Shown in pieces: positions 17,221-25,629 of a stretch of 64,000 nucleotides of DNA. Below the pieces are notes generated by a model that worked only from the letters and a program-made list of their open reading frames with translations, was not told the origin of the DNA and did no database searches. A program made the position numbers and the translations under genes. Source of the stretch: Gammaproteobacteria bacterium (GTDB lineage: Bacteria > Pseudomonadota > Gammaproteobacteria > Eutrophobiales > Eutrophobiaceae); NCBI GenBank assembly GCA_022826885.1, contig JAJDUB010000020.1, forward strand, positions 6,140-70,139. The letters run 5' to 3'. Position 1 is the first letter of the stretch. Each line of letters starts with the position of its first letter.

Positions 17221-18267
17221 ATGCCGGCGCCTTCAATACATTATTACGCCCTGGCCTTGCAGACCCGCTGCCGCGCGGTCAACGCCCTGAACGTTGCCGA
17301 TGCCCGGCGCAGTATTCAATCGGCCATTGACACATGCGCCGCGCAGGTAGCGGCCAGCAAGGGTTTCATCGGTCCGGATACGCGCCTGGTCGTCCTGCCG
17401 GAATACTTTCTGACCGGCTTCCCCATGGGCGACCCGGTGGAAAGCTGGGCCGAAAAAGCCGGCCTGGACGTGGACGGTCCCGAATACGAAGCGCTGGGCA
17501 AAGTCTGCCAGGACAATGATATCTACCTTTCCGGCAACGTCTATGAACGGGACAAGGCATTTCCGGGTCTTTACTTTCAGGCCAGCTTTATCATCGCGCC
17601 GAATGGCGACACCGTTCATCGGTACCGGCGCCTGATATCCCTGTTTGCTCCGACTCCCCACGACGTCTGGGAACGCTATCTGGACCTGTACGGGCTAGAG
17701 GGAGTGTTCCCGGTCACGGACACCGAACTGGGGCACCTGGCCACGGTTGCCTCGGAGGAGATCCTCTACCCTGAAATCACCCGGGCCATGGCATTGCGCG
17801 GCGCCGAGGTGATTTTACATTCGACCAGCGAGGTCGGCAGCCCGGAACTGACGCCCAAGGACATTGCCAAACGGGCCCGGGCCATTGAAAACCAGGCGTT
17901 TGTCATTTCCGCCAACAGCGGCGGCATCACCGGGACGGGCATCCCCGAGGCATCAACGGACGGCATGTCGAAAATCATCGATTTCAACGGCCATGTGCTG
18001 GCGGCTGCCGGCGCCGGAGAAAGCATGGTAGCCAACCACGAGATCGATATAACCGCCCTGCGCCGTTGCCGCCGGCGTCCCGGCATGCCCAGCCTGCTGG
18101 CCCGCCAGCGGCTGGAATTGTATTCACATATCGCCCATCCGCAGACTCGATACCCGGCGAATACCCTGCTGGACGATACCGGAAAACATGTCATTCCGGA
18201 GCGCAGCCATTTTATCAAGACCCTGAAGGGTGTCATTGACGATCTCATCGGGCAAGACCTGATTTAG
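17221..18267 (+). CDS. Carbon-nitrogen hydrolase (nitrilase superfamily, N-carbamoyl-amino-acid amidohydrolase-like) with a non-canonical triad
   Basis: LVVLPEYFLTGFP (Glu61 region) and YPEITRAMALRGAEVILHS align to the DCase sequence WPEAWRVMGLRGAEIICGG. The Cys position is Ser178 (TCG 17752-17754) and the Lys position is Arg137 (CGC 17629-17631). Confidence 0.7.
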   Translation: MPAPSIHYYALALQTRCRAVNALNVADARRSIQSAIDTCAAQVAASKGFIGPDTRLVVLPEYFLTGFPMGDPVESWAEKAGLDVDGPEYEALGKVCQDNDIYLSGNVYERDKAFPGLYFQASFIIAPNGDTVHRYRRLISLFAPTPHDVWERYLDLYGLEGVFPVTDTELGHLATVASEEILYPEITRAMALRGAEVILHSTSEVGSPELTPKDIAKRARAIENQAFVISANSGGITGTGIPEASTDGMSKIIDFNGHVLAAAGAGESMVANHEIDITALRRCRRRPGMPSLLARQRLELYSHIAHPQTRYPANTLLDDTGKHVIPERSHFIKTLKGVIDDLIGQDLI

Positions 18268-18269
18268 CC

Positions 18270-19679
18270 ATGCCTTCCATCGAGGTCCGCAACCCGCGCA
18301 CCGGTAGTATCGACTATCGTTTCGAACAGGTCGAGGCATCAGATCTGGCGCGCCTGACAGCCGCCATGCGCAACGCGCAGGTCCAATGGCTCAAAGGCGG
18401 CGTGGAAATGCGTTGCCGGACGCTGCTCGAACTGGCTGCCGCCATCTCCGAACAGCGCGACAGTCTCTTCAATGCCCTGACTGCAGACACCGGGCGGGTC
18501 AGGGAAACCGAACTGGAAATCAATGCGGTCATTTCCGGCATGGAACGCTGGTGCCGGCTTGCCCCTGAACTGCTGGCAGCAAAGGGAGACAAACATACCT
18601 CTATTCCCTTTATCGAGATCGGCAGGCAGGCGGCGCCCTACCCCCTGACCGTCGTCATTTCCCCCTGGAATTTTCCATTGCTGTTATCCTGTATCGACGC
18701 CATCCCCGCGTTGCTGGCCGGCAGCGCGGTCATCGTCAAGCCCAGTGAAATTACGCCGCGCTTTGTTGAACCTTTTTGCGAGATACTTTCCGCTGTTGCC
18801 GGCCTGGCTCAGGTATTCCGCTTTCTGCCGGGTGACGGCAGCCTGGGCAGCGCGCTCATCGATCATGGCGACCTGGTCTGCTTTACCGGAAGCGTAAAAA
18901 CCGGCAGACAGGTGGCCCGGGACTGCGCCAGGAACTTCATCCCGGCCCAGCTTGAACTGGGCGGCAAGGACCCGGCGATAGTCACCGCCGATACGGATAT
19001 AGAACGCACTGCGGCCGCCCTGTGCTGGGGAGGCATGGTGAATGCCGGTCAATCCTGCCTGTCGATTGAGCGGGTCTATGCCGAAGCCCCGATTTATCAC
19101 GACCTGACCGCGGCCATCGCACAGGAAGCGCGTTCCCTGAAACTGAATACCGGCAACATCGACAAAGGCGAAATCGGCCCGATAATATCGGAACGCCAAC
19201 GTGACATAATCGAACAGCACCTGCAGGATGCCGCGGACAAAGGCGCAAGAACAGAGTGCGGCGGCGGCATTACCGAACAAGGCGGCGGGCTGTGGTGCCG
19301 GCCTACGGTGCTGTCCGATGTCAACCACGATATGCTGGTGATGACCGAAGAGACTTTCGGGCCGATACTACCTGTCATGACCTTCGATACGGATGAACAG
19401 GCCATCGACCTGGCCAATGATACGGTGTACGGACTCTCTGCAGCCGTGTTCTCCAACGATGTTGGACGAGCCAGGCATATCGCGGGCAAACTGGAGGCCG
19501 GCGCGATCAGCATCAACGATGCCGCACTTACCAGCGTCATGCATGAGGGTGAAAAACAGGCATTCAAGTCATCCGGCATGGGCGGCTCGCGCATGGGACC
19601 GGCCTCCATCAGGCGCTTCCTGAGAAGCAAGGCGCTGATCGAGAATACCCGATTATGCCGGGATCCCTGGTGGTATTAG
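18270..19679 (+). CDS. NAD(P)-dependent aldehyde dehydrogenase
   Basis: VIVKPSEITP, ELGGKDPAIV (catalytic Glu) and NAGQSCLSIERVY (catalytic Cys). Confidence 0.9.
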   Translation: MPSIEVRNPRTGSIDYRFEQVEASDLARLTAAMRNAQVQWLKGGVEMRCRTLLELAAAISEQRDSLFNALTADTGRVRETELEINAVISGMERWCRLAPELLAAKGDKHTSIPFIEIGRQAAPYPLTVVISPWNFPLLLSCIDAIPALLAGSAVIVKPSEITPRFVEPFCEILSAVAGLAQVFRFLPGDGSLGSALIDHGDLVCFTGSVKTGRQVARDCARNFIPAQLELGGKDPAIVTADTDIERTAAALCWGGMVNAGQSCLSIERVYAEAPIYHDLTAAIAQEARSLKLNTGNIDKGEIGPIISERQRDIIEQHLQDAADKGARTECGGGITEQGGGLWCRPTVLSDVNHDMLVMTEETFGPILPVMTFDTDEQAIDLANDTVYGLSAAVFSNDVGRARHIAGKLEAGAISINDAALTSVMHEGEKQAFKSSGMGGSRMGPASIRRFLRSKALIENTRLCRDPWWY

Positions 19680-19683
19680 AAAG

Positions 19684-20604
19684 ATGCTGAAAACAATCCT
19701 CATTGTCACGATCATGGCGGCCAACCTGCTCCAGGTCGAACAGGCTTACCGGGATGAACTGGATTACCGTGTCGCCGACCGCGGCGCAGTCTCAGGCGCC
19801 CTGGCCGCTTCCTGGAACGCCGCGGCTCTTGCCGGCCGCGAGTACGTAATGCTGCAACCTTCGAGCCAGGAGCCGGTTTACCTGCGCTTCATCGAAGATA
19901 CTTCAGGCGCGGCAGTCGAACCCATGAAAACCGAGGGCTGGAATGCCGTGGAAATACTGGTGCAGGACCCGGATGCGCTGGCGCGGGCCCTGGATGACTC
20001 CGAACTGTTCAATGTCGTGGGCCGGCCCCGTTACCTGACGGAAAAGCAAAACATCAAGGCCATGCAGGCGATCGGGCCGGCCAACGAACTGATCTATTTC
20101 ACCAACATCAGCGACCCGGAGAAATCCGGGTTCGGCCTTCAGCCTGCCAAATCCTGGGTCGACCGGGTTTTCATCATGGTCGCCGGCGCCCGCAACCATG
20201 CCGCACTGGATGAGTTCTACCGGTCAGTTCTGGGCATGGCGGTGACCGCCCCGATGCCGTACCGTATCGGCGTATTGTCCAGGGCATACGGCATGCCGGT
20301 CGAGACGCGGCACGAACTGTCAATCGCGCAGTTATCGGAACGCTTCCTGATCGAACTGGACCATTACCCCGAAGCGGCTTTGCCAAGAGATACCGTTCCG
20401 GGTTCTCTGCCTCCCGGCATTGCCATGGTGACTTTTGAAGTAGCAGAGTGGAAACCGGATCTGCCCTACATTGCCGGATCCGACCGCCAGGACTCGTTTC
20501 CCTACCAGGGACGGCGCGCAGGGGTGCTTGTCGGAGCTGCCGGTGAGTATATAGAACTGGTTGAAAGCGCATCAACGGTATCCGAAAATGACGCAGCAGA
20601 TTAA
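19684..20604 (+). CDS. Two-domain VOC-fold-like protein (paralog of 8880-9764)
   Basis: 306 aa. GWNAVEILVQDPDALARAL and VDRVFIMVAGARNHAALDEFYRSVLGM resemble VOC beta-alpha-beta modules. Colinear with 8880-9764. Confidence 0.5.
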   Translation: MLKTILIVTIMAANLLQVEQAYRDELDYRVADRGAVSGALAASWNAAALAGREYVMLQPSSQEPVYLRFIEDTSGAAVEPMKTEGWNAVEILVQDPDALARALDDSELFNVVGRPRYLTEKQNIKAMQAIGPANELIYFTNISDPEKSGFGLQPAKSWVDRVFIMVAGARNHAALDEFYRSVLGMAVTAPMPYRIGVLSRAYGMPVETRHELSIAQLSERFLIELDHYPEAALPRDTVPGSLPPGIAMVTFEVAEWKPDLPYIAGSDRQDSFPYQGRRAGVLVGAAGEYIELVESASTVSENDAAD

Positions 20605-22267
20605 ACGTCATTACGTCAATGTGCAGGGACGATGGGTACACTTCCGGTCGGGGGGAACCGGACCGGTTGTGTTGCTGCTGCACCAGTCGCCTCAATCCTC
20701 TGCGGCCATGCTGCCGCTGGCGGAAAAACTGGTTTCCCGCTATTGCGTAATCGCACCCGACAGTCCCGGCTTCGGCCTGTCCGACCCGCTGACGATGACA
20801 ACGCAGACAATCGAGGATATGGCGCATGCGCTGGATGAGTTTACGACCGCCATTCAACTCCCGCCGGCAACGGTCATCGGCGTTCATACCGGCGCGGAGA
20901 TTGCGCTGGAATTCGGGCTGCGTTTTCCGGAAAAAGCGGAGTTCCTGATTCTTGACGGCCTGGCCCTGTTTAACGAGGAAGAAAGCGCAGACATCCTGAA
21001 GCATTACCTGCCGCCGTTTATACCGGACTGGGACGGCAGCCATCTTACCTGGTTATGGGCGCGGCTGCGCGAACAGGTGATCTTCTTCCCCTGGTACAGG
21101 AAGAACAGGGAGGCGCGCATGCATTACGATATGCCGGACGCGGAATACCTGCACGGCTGGTTCATGGATTTCATGTACGCCGGCGATCATTACCGGGGCG
21201 GTTACGGGGCCGCGTTCCGCTATCGCAACAGCGCTGCGATAAGAGATATAGTGCCTCCCACCGCAGCCCTGTACCGTACCGGCGACGTGCTTGAGACCCA
21301 CCGGCAGCGCCTGCCGGCGCTGCCGAACCATGCCCGGGCAGAAATTGTTCCTCCCGGTCCCGGCAAACTGGATGACCGAATCATGGAACTGCTGAATGAC
21401 CGTGTCGCCGGCAGGCAATCCGGGTGGCGCTACCGGCACCATAAAGACCCGCCCGCAACGGCAACGGAACCCGGTTACGTTGATATCGATGATCAACAAA
21501 TCGCCGTAGTAACGGCAGGCGACCCGGATCGGCCCGCCTTGTTGCTGTTGCACGACCTGGCCGGGTCTTCAGCTTCAGTGAGAGATCTTGTCAAAGCGCT
21601 GGCCCCGGAGTATCACGTGGTCTGTCCCGACCTGCCGGGACACGGTGAAAGCGCCGACATAGTTACGGCCAGGTTTTCCATCAATGCTGCAGTTACGGCA
21701 CTATCCGAACTGCTGGCCGCGCTTGGCAATGACGCTTATCACCTGTTGAGCCTGGGCGCAGCCTGCGTATTCGTGCCGGGGCTGATCAGGCATAACCCGG
21801 GCATCCATTTCAACGCAGGCATGCACAACCCGCTGCTGCTGAATGCCATGACCCGAAATGCGTTACGGGACCGTTTCGCCCTGCCCATCGAGCCGGATGA
21901 TTATGGGATTCATGTCACGAAGCTCTGGTATGCCCTGCGTGACGGCCGGCTGTTCTGGCCCTGGTATGAACCCGTTTCCGATAATATCCGCCTGCATACG
22001 CCAAGCCTGGATCCGGAGGATATTCACCAGTCGTTGTTTGATGCGCTCCGGTGCGGCAACAATTACCATCAGATCTGGCAGGCGTTTTTTGCAACGGATG
22101 TCATCAATGATGTTAGATCACTGCCGCAGCCCCTGTCGGTCACGATGAGCAAAACCCATCCCTGTAATGAAACCGTACTTTCTTCCCTGGCGCTGCTGCC
22201 GGCGCTGACCTGCCAGGAAACCTCTGATGACTGGACGGATGTGATTGCCGCACATTTCAGCCGGTAA
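20588..22267 (+). CDS. Tandem double alpha/beta-hydrolase-fold protein (epoxide-hydrolase-like halves, no Ser nucleophile motif)
   Basis: ORF trimmed to ATG 20588 (MTQQIKRHYVNVQGRWVHFRSGGTGPVVLLLHQSPQSS). The second half restarts with ALLLLHDLAGSS...PDLPGHGES. FFPWY and LFWPWY occur once per half. Confidence 0.7.
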   Translation: MTQQIKRHYVNVQGRWVHFRSGGTGPVVLLLHQSPQSSAAMLPLAEKLVSRYCVIAPDSPGFGLSDPLTMTTQTIEDMAHALDEFTTAIQLPPATVIGVHTGAEIALEFGLRFPEKAEFLILDGLALFNEEESADILKHYLPPFIPDWDGSHLTWLWARLREQVIFFPWYRKNREARMHYDMPDAEYLHGWFMDFMYAGDHYRGGYGAAFRYRNSAAIRDIVPPTAALYRTGDVLETHRQRLPALPNHARAEIVPPGPGKLDDRIMELLNDRVAGRQSGWRYRHHKDPPATATEPGYVDIDDQQIAVVTAGDPDRPALLLLHDLAGSSASVRDLVKALAPEYHVVCPDLPGHGESADIVTARFSINAAVTALSELLAALGNDAYHLLSLGAACVFVPGLIRHNPGIHFNAGMHNPLLLNAMTRNALRDRFALPIEPDDYGIHVTKLWYALRDGRLFWPWYEPVSDNIRLHTPSLDPEDIHQSLFDALRCGNNYHQIWQAFFATDVINDVRSLPQPLSVTMSKTHPCNETVLSSLALLPALTCQETSDDWTDVIAAHFSR

Positions 22268-22269
22268 GG

Positions 22270-22572
22270 TCACCAGGTCTTGCCGCCCAACCAGCTACCG
22301 ATAACGCCCCTGAACTCCTGTATGTTGATTTCCTGCCAGACACCTGCCTGGTAATAGGGATCGGCGTGCAACATCGCGGCCGCTTCGTCAAGGCTGTCGA
22401 CCTCGAATATCAGCAGGCTGGCAACCGGTCCATCTTCGTCAGGCCCCATGACGGGTCCCGCCACTTTTATCCTGTCCTCAATCTCTTCAATGTGTTCAAT
22501 ATGTTCCGCCAATTTACTTTTCCTGGACTCAGCGCCGCCCGGCGCGTCTTTGCAATAAATGGATACCAGCAC
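22270..22572 (-). CDS. YciI-like protein
   Basis: The long ORF 22270-22959 trimmed to GTG 22572, which follows GAGGAG. (M)LVSIYCKDAPGGAESRKSKLAEHIEHIEEIEDRIKVAGPV...ADPYYQAGVW is the YciI pattern. Confidence 0.65.
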   Translation of the reverse strand: MLVSIYCKDAPGGAESRKSKLAEHIEHIEEIEDRIKVAGPVMGPDEDGPVASLLIFEVDSLDEAAAMLHADPYYQAGVWQEINIQEFRGVIGSWLGGKTW

Positions 22573-22687
22573 GACATTTGTCTCCTCAGGTGAATTTGGA
22601 ATAACTACTTTATCACGACAAAAACGGCATTGCGCCCTGGCGTGTGGTGAGTGTATCCTCCATTGAAATTCACCGGAACCCGTAAAA

Positions 22688-23686
22688 ATGAAAATACTCG
22701 ACAGAAGACATTTTCTCAAACAAGGCGCCGCTCTGGCGGGCGCGTTGACCGCGCCGTCATTATTCATAAATACTGCCAGTGCGCAGGACGAACCATACCG
22801 GACCACGACCGCGGCAACCCCGCCTTTTGCGCCTGTTAAAGTGCTTGATACGTCGGCAATGCCCTGGTCGCCGCCGATCAATGAGTTGGGTTGGAAGGCG
22901 AAAACCCTGTACAGCAATAAAGATACCGGTGACCACCTGGTGATTATCTGGGTGCCCATCGGCGCGCCGGGGGGACGGAACCATTACCACACTTTCCATG
23001 AATGGGCTTACTGGCTCACCGGCGATTTTGTCAATAACGAATACACCAGCCCATTGCAGCGCATCGGCGATTTCCAGCAGTTCCGGGAAGGCGTCTTCCT
23101 GGACCGCCCCGCGTACAGCCTGCACGGCGGCGAACCGGGACGGCTGGATTCCCAGGTCGGCGGCACCTGCCTGATCATGGAAGAAGGCGGCAAAACCATT
23201 TATGTCATTCCGGACGATCCGAATTACAGCGATGAATGGAAACAGGTAAAACAATGGACCGTTCCCAGAATCATCGACACCATCAGCGAACTTCCCTGGG
23301 AGCCATACGACGGTGCAAACGATATCGGCATCAAACGCCTGGTCAATGACCAGGTACGCGGATTCCGGGCGGTCATGTGGCTGCTGCCCGCAGGTTGGAA
23401 AACATCAGGTTCCGGGCAGTTCGGCAGGGCGCATTACTACAAACAGGCGCACCAGTTCAATTACATCCTGAACGGCGACCTGCAACTGCAATGCTGGGCG
23501 TCGCCGGAGCAGAAGGCGGAACAGGTCAGGCTGACAAAGGACTTCTACTTCGAAAAAGCGCCCATGGCCATCTCCGGCCTGGCGGACGGCACAGTCAGTG
23601 AAACAGGCTGCGTCTGGTTGCAGGTTACCTATGCCAGGGGCACGTCGATACCCAATGTGCCCATTGAGGACGCGGTGTATATTTAG
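22688..23686 (+). CDS. Tat-exported bicupin-like protein
   Basis: Twin-arginine signal MKILDRRHFLKQGAALAGALTAPSLFINTASAQ. Cupin motif 1 HYHTFHEWAYWLTG (H-x-H-x3-E-x6-G). Paralog of 47213-48208. Confidence 0.65.
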   Translation: MKILDRRHFLKQGAALAGALTAPSLFINTASAQDEPYRTTTAATPPFAPVKVLDTSAMPWSPPINELGWKAKTLYSNKDTGDHLVIIWVPIGAPGGRNHYHTFHEWAYWLTGDFVNNEYTSPLQRIGDFQQFREGVFLDRPAYSLHGGEPGRLDSQVGGTCLIMEEGGKTIYVIPDDPNYSDEWKQVKQWTVPRIIDTISELPWEPYDGANDIGIKRLVNDQVRGFRAVMWLLPAGWKTSGSGQFGRAHYYKQAHQFNYILNGDLQLQCWASPEQKAEQVRLTKDFYFEKAPMAISGLADGTVSETGCVWLQVTYARGTSIPNVPIEDAVYI

Positions 23687-23718
23687 GGAGCCTCTGTCTT
23701 GATACCAGAGGCTCCCTA
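23684..23718. terminator. 13-bp stem-loop between convergent cupin genes
   Basis: TAGGGAGCCTCTG-tcttgatac-CAGAGGCTCCCTA. The left arm includes the TAG stop of 22688-23686. Confidence 0.55.
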
Positions 23719-23741
23719 GTCTGTTCCGTAATACTCGCAGT

Positions 23742-24722
23742 TCAGTCGTGGGAATGGTGGTGATGCTTGTGCGTGTGCCAATGGCTATGCTTGTGGCCGT
23801 CGGTTTCCGGTTCGTTGTCCGGAAACTCCGGGCCGCGTAATTTCTGCGTCTGCTCGAAGTCTTCCGGGCCGTGCGGGTGGTTATGGGAATGGCTGACCAT
23901 CCACTTGTACAGTAACGGATCGCGCTGGTAGACGCGGGCGGCCGCGCGGGTCTGGTTCTCCTGTGGTGTCGACCAGGGGTTGTAGTGAAAGTAGTTGAAT
24001 AACTTCGAGTCCACCCTGCCCAGGGCGATACAGCCGAATTCCGAAGCGAACGCGCCGTGATTGATATAGGCCGGGCGCCAGAAATAACCGCCCGTGGGAA
24101 TGTCGCCGAACTGCATCATCCACGAGGTGCCCCACAAGTGGTAGGACTCTTCCGCGCAGTCGTGGTAGGAGATGTTGTCCTGGTAAAACGCCGGAGTCAT
24201 GCAGTAGATGAACGTCATCGCGTGCGAAATGGGGTTGTAGTTCAACAGCTTGATCATCACGCCGGATGCGACCGCGGGTTTGACGATGTTGCCGGGGACC
24301 CAGGTTATGTCCAGGTAGGAATCGACGTCGTGATACAGCTTCGTATGGGCAAGATGATGATGCTCGGTGGCTTCGACCAGGCTGGGCTCGCCCGTGTTAT
24401 ACATCATCAGCACGATTGCGCCCTGTTCTGATTTAATCGCAGGCATGGCATAGCCCGCCGGGACGAAGAAATAATGCCCCTTGCGTACCGTCCGGCCATC
24501 CAGTTGCAACTCTCCCTCGACCACCATCATTTCCCATTCCGACCAGGAAAATCCGGGCGGCTGGCTGTAACCGCCATCCAGTTGTACCGTCATGGTGCAG
24601 GCGCCGGTATCGCCATCCATGCTCAGCATCTTGTAGTGCATGCCCCTGCCGAAACCCGGCAACAGCATTCTCTTGAATGCAACGTCACGGTCGACAAAAG
24701 GCTCTATATGTGGGCGCGCCAT
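23742..24722 (-). CDS. Cytoplasmic bicupin-like protein with C-terminal His-rich tail
   Basis: 326 aa with AGGAGA upstream of the ATG. Cupin-like strands (WSEWEMMVVEGELQLDG; YHLWGTSWMMQFG). The last 49 residues are HSHNHPHG...GHKHSHWHTHKHHHHSHD. Confidence 0.55.
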   Translation of the reverse strand: MARPHIEPFVDRDVAFKRMLLPGFGRGMHYKMLSMDGDTGACTMTVQLDGGYSQPPGFSWSEWEMMVVEGELQLDGRTVRKGHYFFVPAGYAMPAIKSEQGAIVLMMYNTGEPSLVEATEHHHLAHTKLYHDVDSYLDITWVPGNIVKPAVASGVMIKLLNYNPISHAMTFIYCMTPAFYQDNISYHDCAEESYHLWGTSWMMQFGDIPTGGYFWRPAYINHGAFASEFGCIALGRVDSKLFNYFHYNPWSTPQENQTRAAARVYQRDPLLYKWMVSHSHNHPHGPEDFEQTQKLRGPEFPDNEPETDGHKHSHWHTHKHHHHSHD

Positions 24723-24742
24723 ATCGGCTCTCCTGTGTGTTG

Positions 24743-25033
24743 TTATTCAGTATCTCTTCCGTATTTCCAGACAACCCGGTCTTCTCTTCCTTCCGGTTTG
24801 ACCGGCAGGTCCTCGCGTTTGATCTTCACCTTCTGGTCCCCGTCAGCATTAAAACCGCGCAGGGAAATCCGGTCAAAAAATTCCTCGTACCACTTTGCCC
24901 GTGTTGGCGCCAGGTCGTTCATCTGCCCGTCGATCTTCGCAAAGCGCTGCTCCTGCTCGGCAAGTTCCTCACGTACCCACTCTTCCTCTTCTTTGGAGCG
25001 TTCGTGGTCAATAAACAGATTTTTAAACGTCAT
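24743..25033 (-). CDS. Hypothetical 96-aa acidic protein
   Basis: GGAGAG upstream of ATG 25033. Lies 20 nt upstream of the bicupin gene on the same strand. No family recognised. Confidence 0.45.
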   Translation of the reverse strand: MTFKNLFIDHERSKEEEEWVREELAEQEQRFAKIDGQMNDLAPTRAKWYEEFFDRISLRGFNADGDQKVKIKREDLPVKPEGREDRVVWKYGRDTE

Positions 25034-25114
25034 GGTCTATCTCTCCCCAGGAACAGGAGACGGAATTGACCTTGTCCCCGTATTTCCGGTTGAATTTGCA
25101 AAATCATATTGTAA

Positions 25115-25618
25115 TCAGAAAACGGCGACATCGGCATAATCCGTCTCCTTGTTGTCGTAAGCTTGCCAGTCCATGCTCACGCGCTGCTCATCAACCAGTG
25201 TTCGCATGAACAACCGGCCCTGGCGGAACCATTGCCATACCCTGGCCCGGTATTGGCCGCAGTCGCTGATCTGGATCATTTCATACAGGTACAGATCAGG
25301 TTCGTTATTCCGGGTCCAGTGCAGCATGATGGTCCTGTTGTTTTCATCCAGCGGCACCGCCGCCGCCCAGCCGGTGATCTCCGTATAAAACACCAGACGG
25401 TCCTCCTTGACGATGGCCGGGAAATCCCGGGTATCTTTTTTACCGTCCGCCCAGAAATAATAATTGGTCTGGTGGTAATCGTCGATTCCGATCATGCGGC
25501 ACAGAATTCGGGACTTGTGCTCATCGACCTTATTGCCGCTATCGTCAAAATAACGGTAGTAGCCGTCCCACACGCCCTCGTGTCTCGCCAGCAACGGCAT
25601 CTTTTCTCTCAGTGACAT
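25115..25618 (-). CDS. Hypothetical 167-aa protein (possibly a small beta-barrel/lipocalin-like fold)
   Basis: ORF 25115-25723 trimmed to ATG 25618 after GAGGAG. HEGVWDGYYRYFDDSGNKVDEHKSRI... The fold guess is weak. Confidence 0.45.
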   Translation of the reverse strand: MSLREKMPLLARHEGVWDGYYRYFDDSGNKVDEHKSRILCRMIGIDDYHQTNYYFWADGKKDTRDFPAIVKEDRLVFYTEITGWAAAVPLDENNRTIMLHWTRNNEPDLYLYEMIQISDCGQYRARVWQWFRQGRLFMRTLVDEQRVSMDWQAYDNKETDYADVAVF

Positions 25619-25629
25619 CTTGGCTCTCC

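Noticed and set aside
22589-22674. A 9-bp inverted repeat GGTGAATTT (22589-22597) / AAATTCACC (22666-22674), which shares GAAATTCACC with the centre of the family-B element.
   Set aside because: The arms are short with a 68-nt spacer, and the GGGGTCAGAG termini are missing. It may be chance or a decayed remnant, and it is not strong enough to report as a feature.
22573-22959. The 5' extension of ORF 22270-22959 (229 aa).
   Set aside because: Only the last 100 codons resemble YciI. An in-frame GTG at 22572 is preceded by GAGGAG. The extension would run across the promoter region of the divergent cupin gene.
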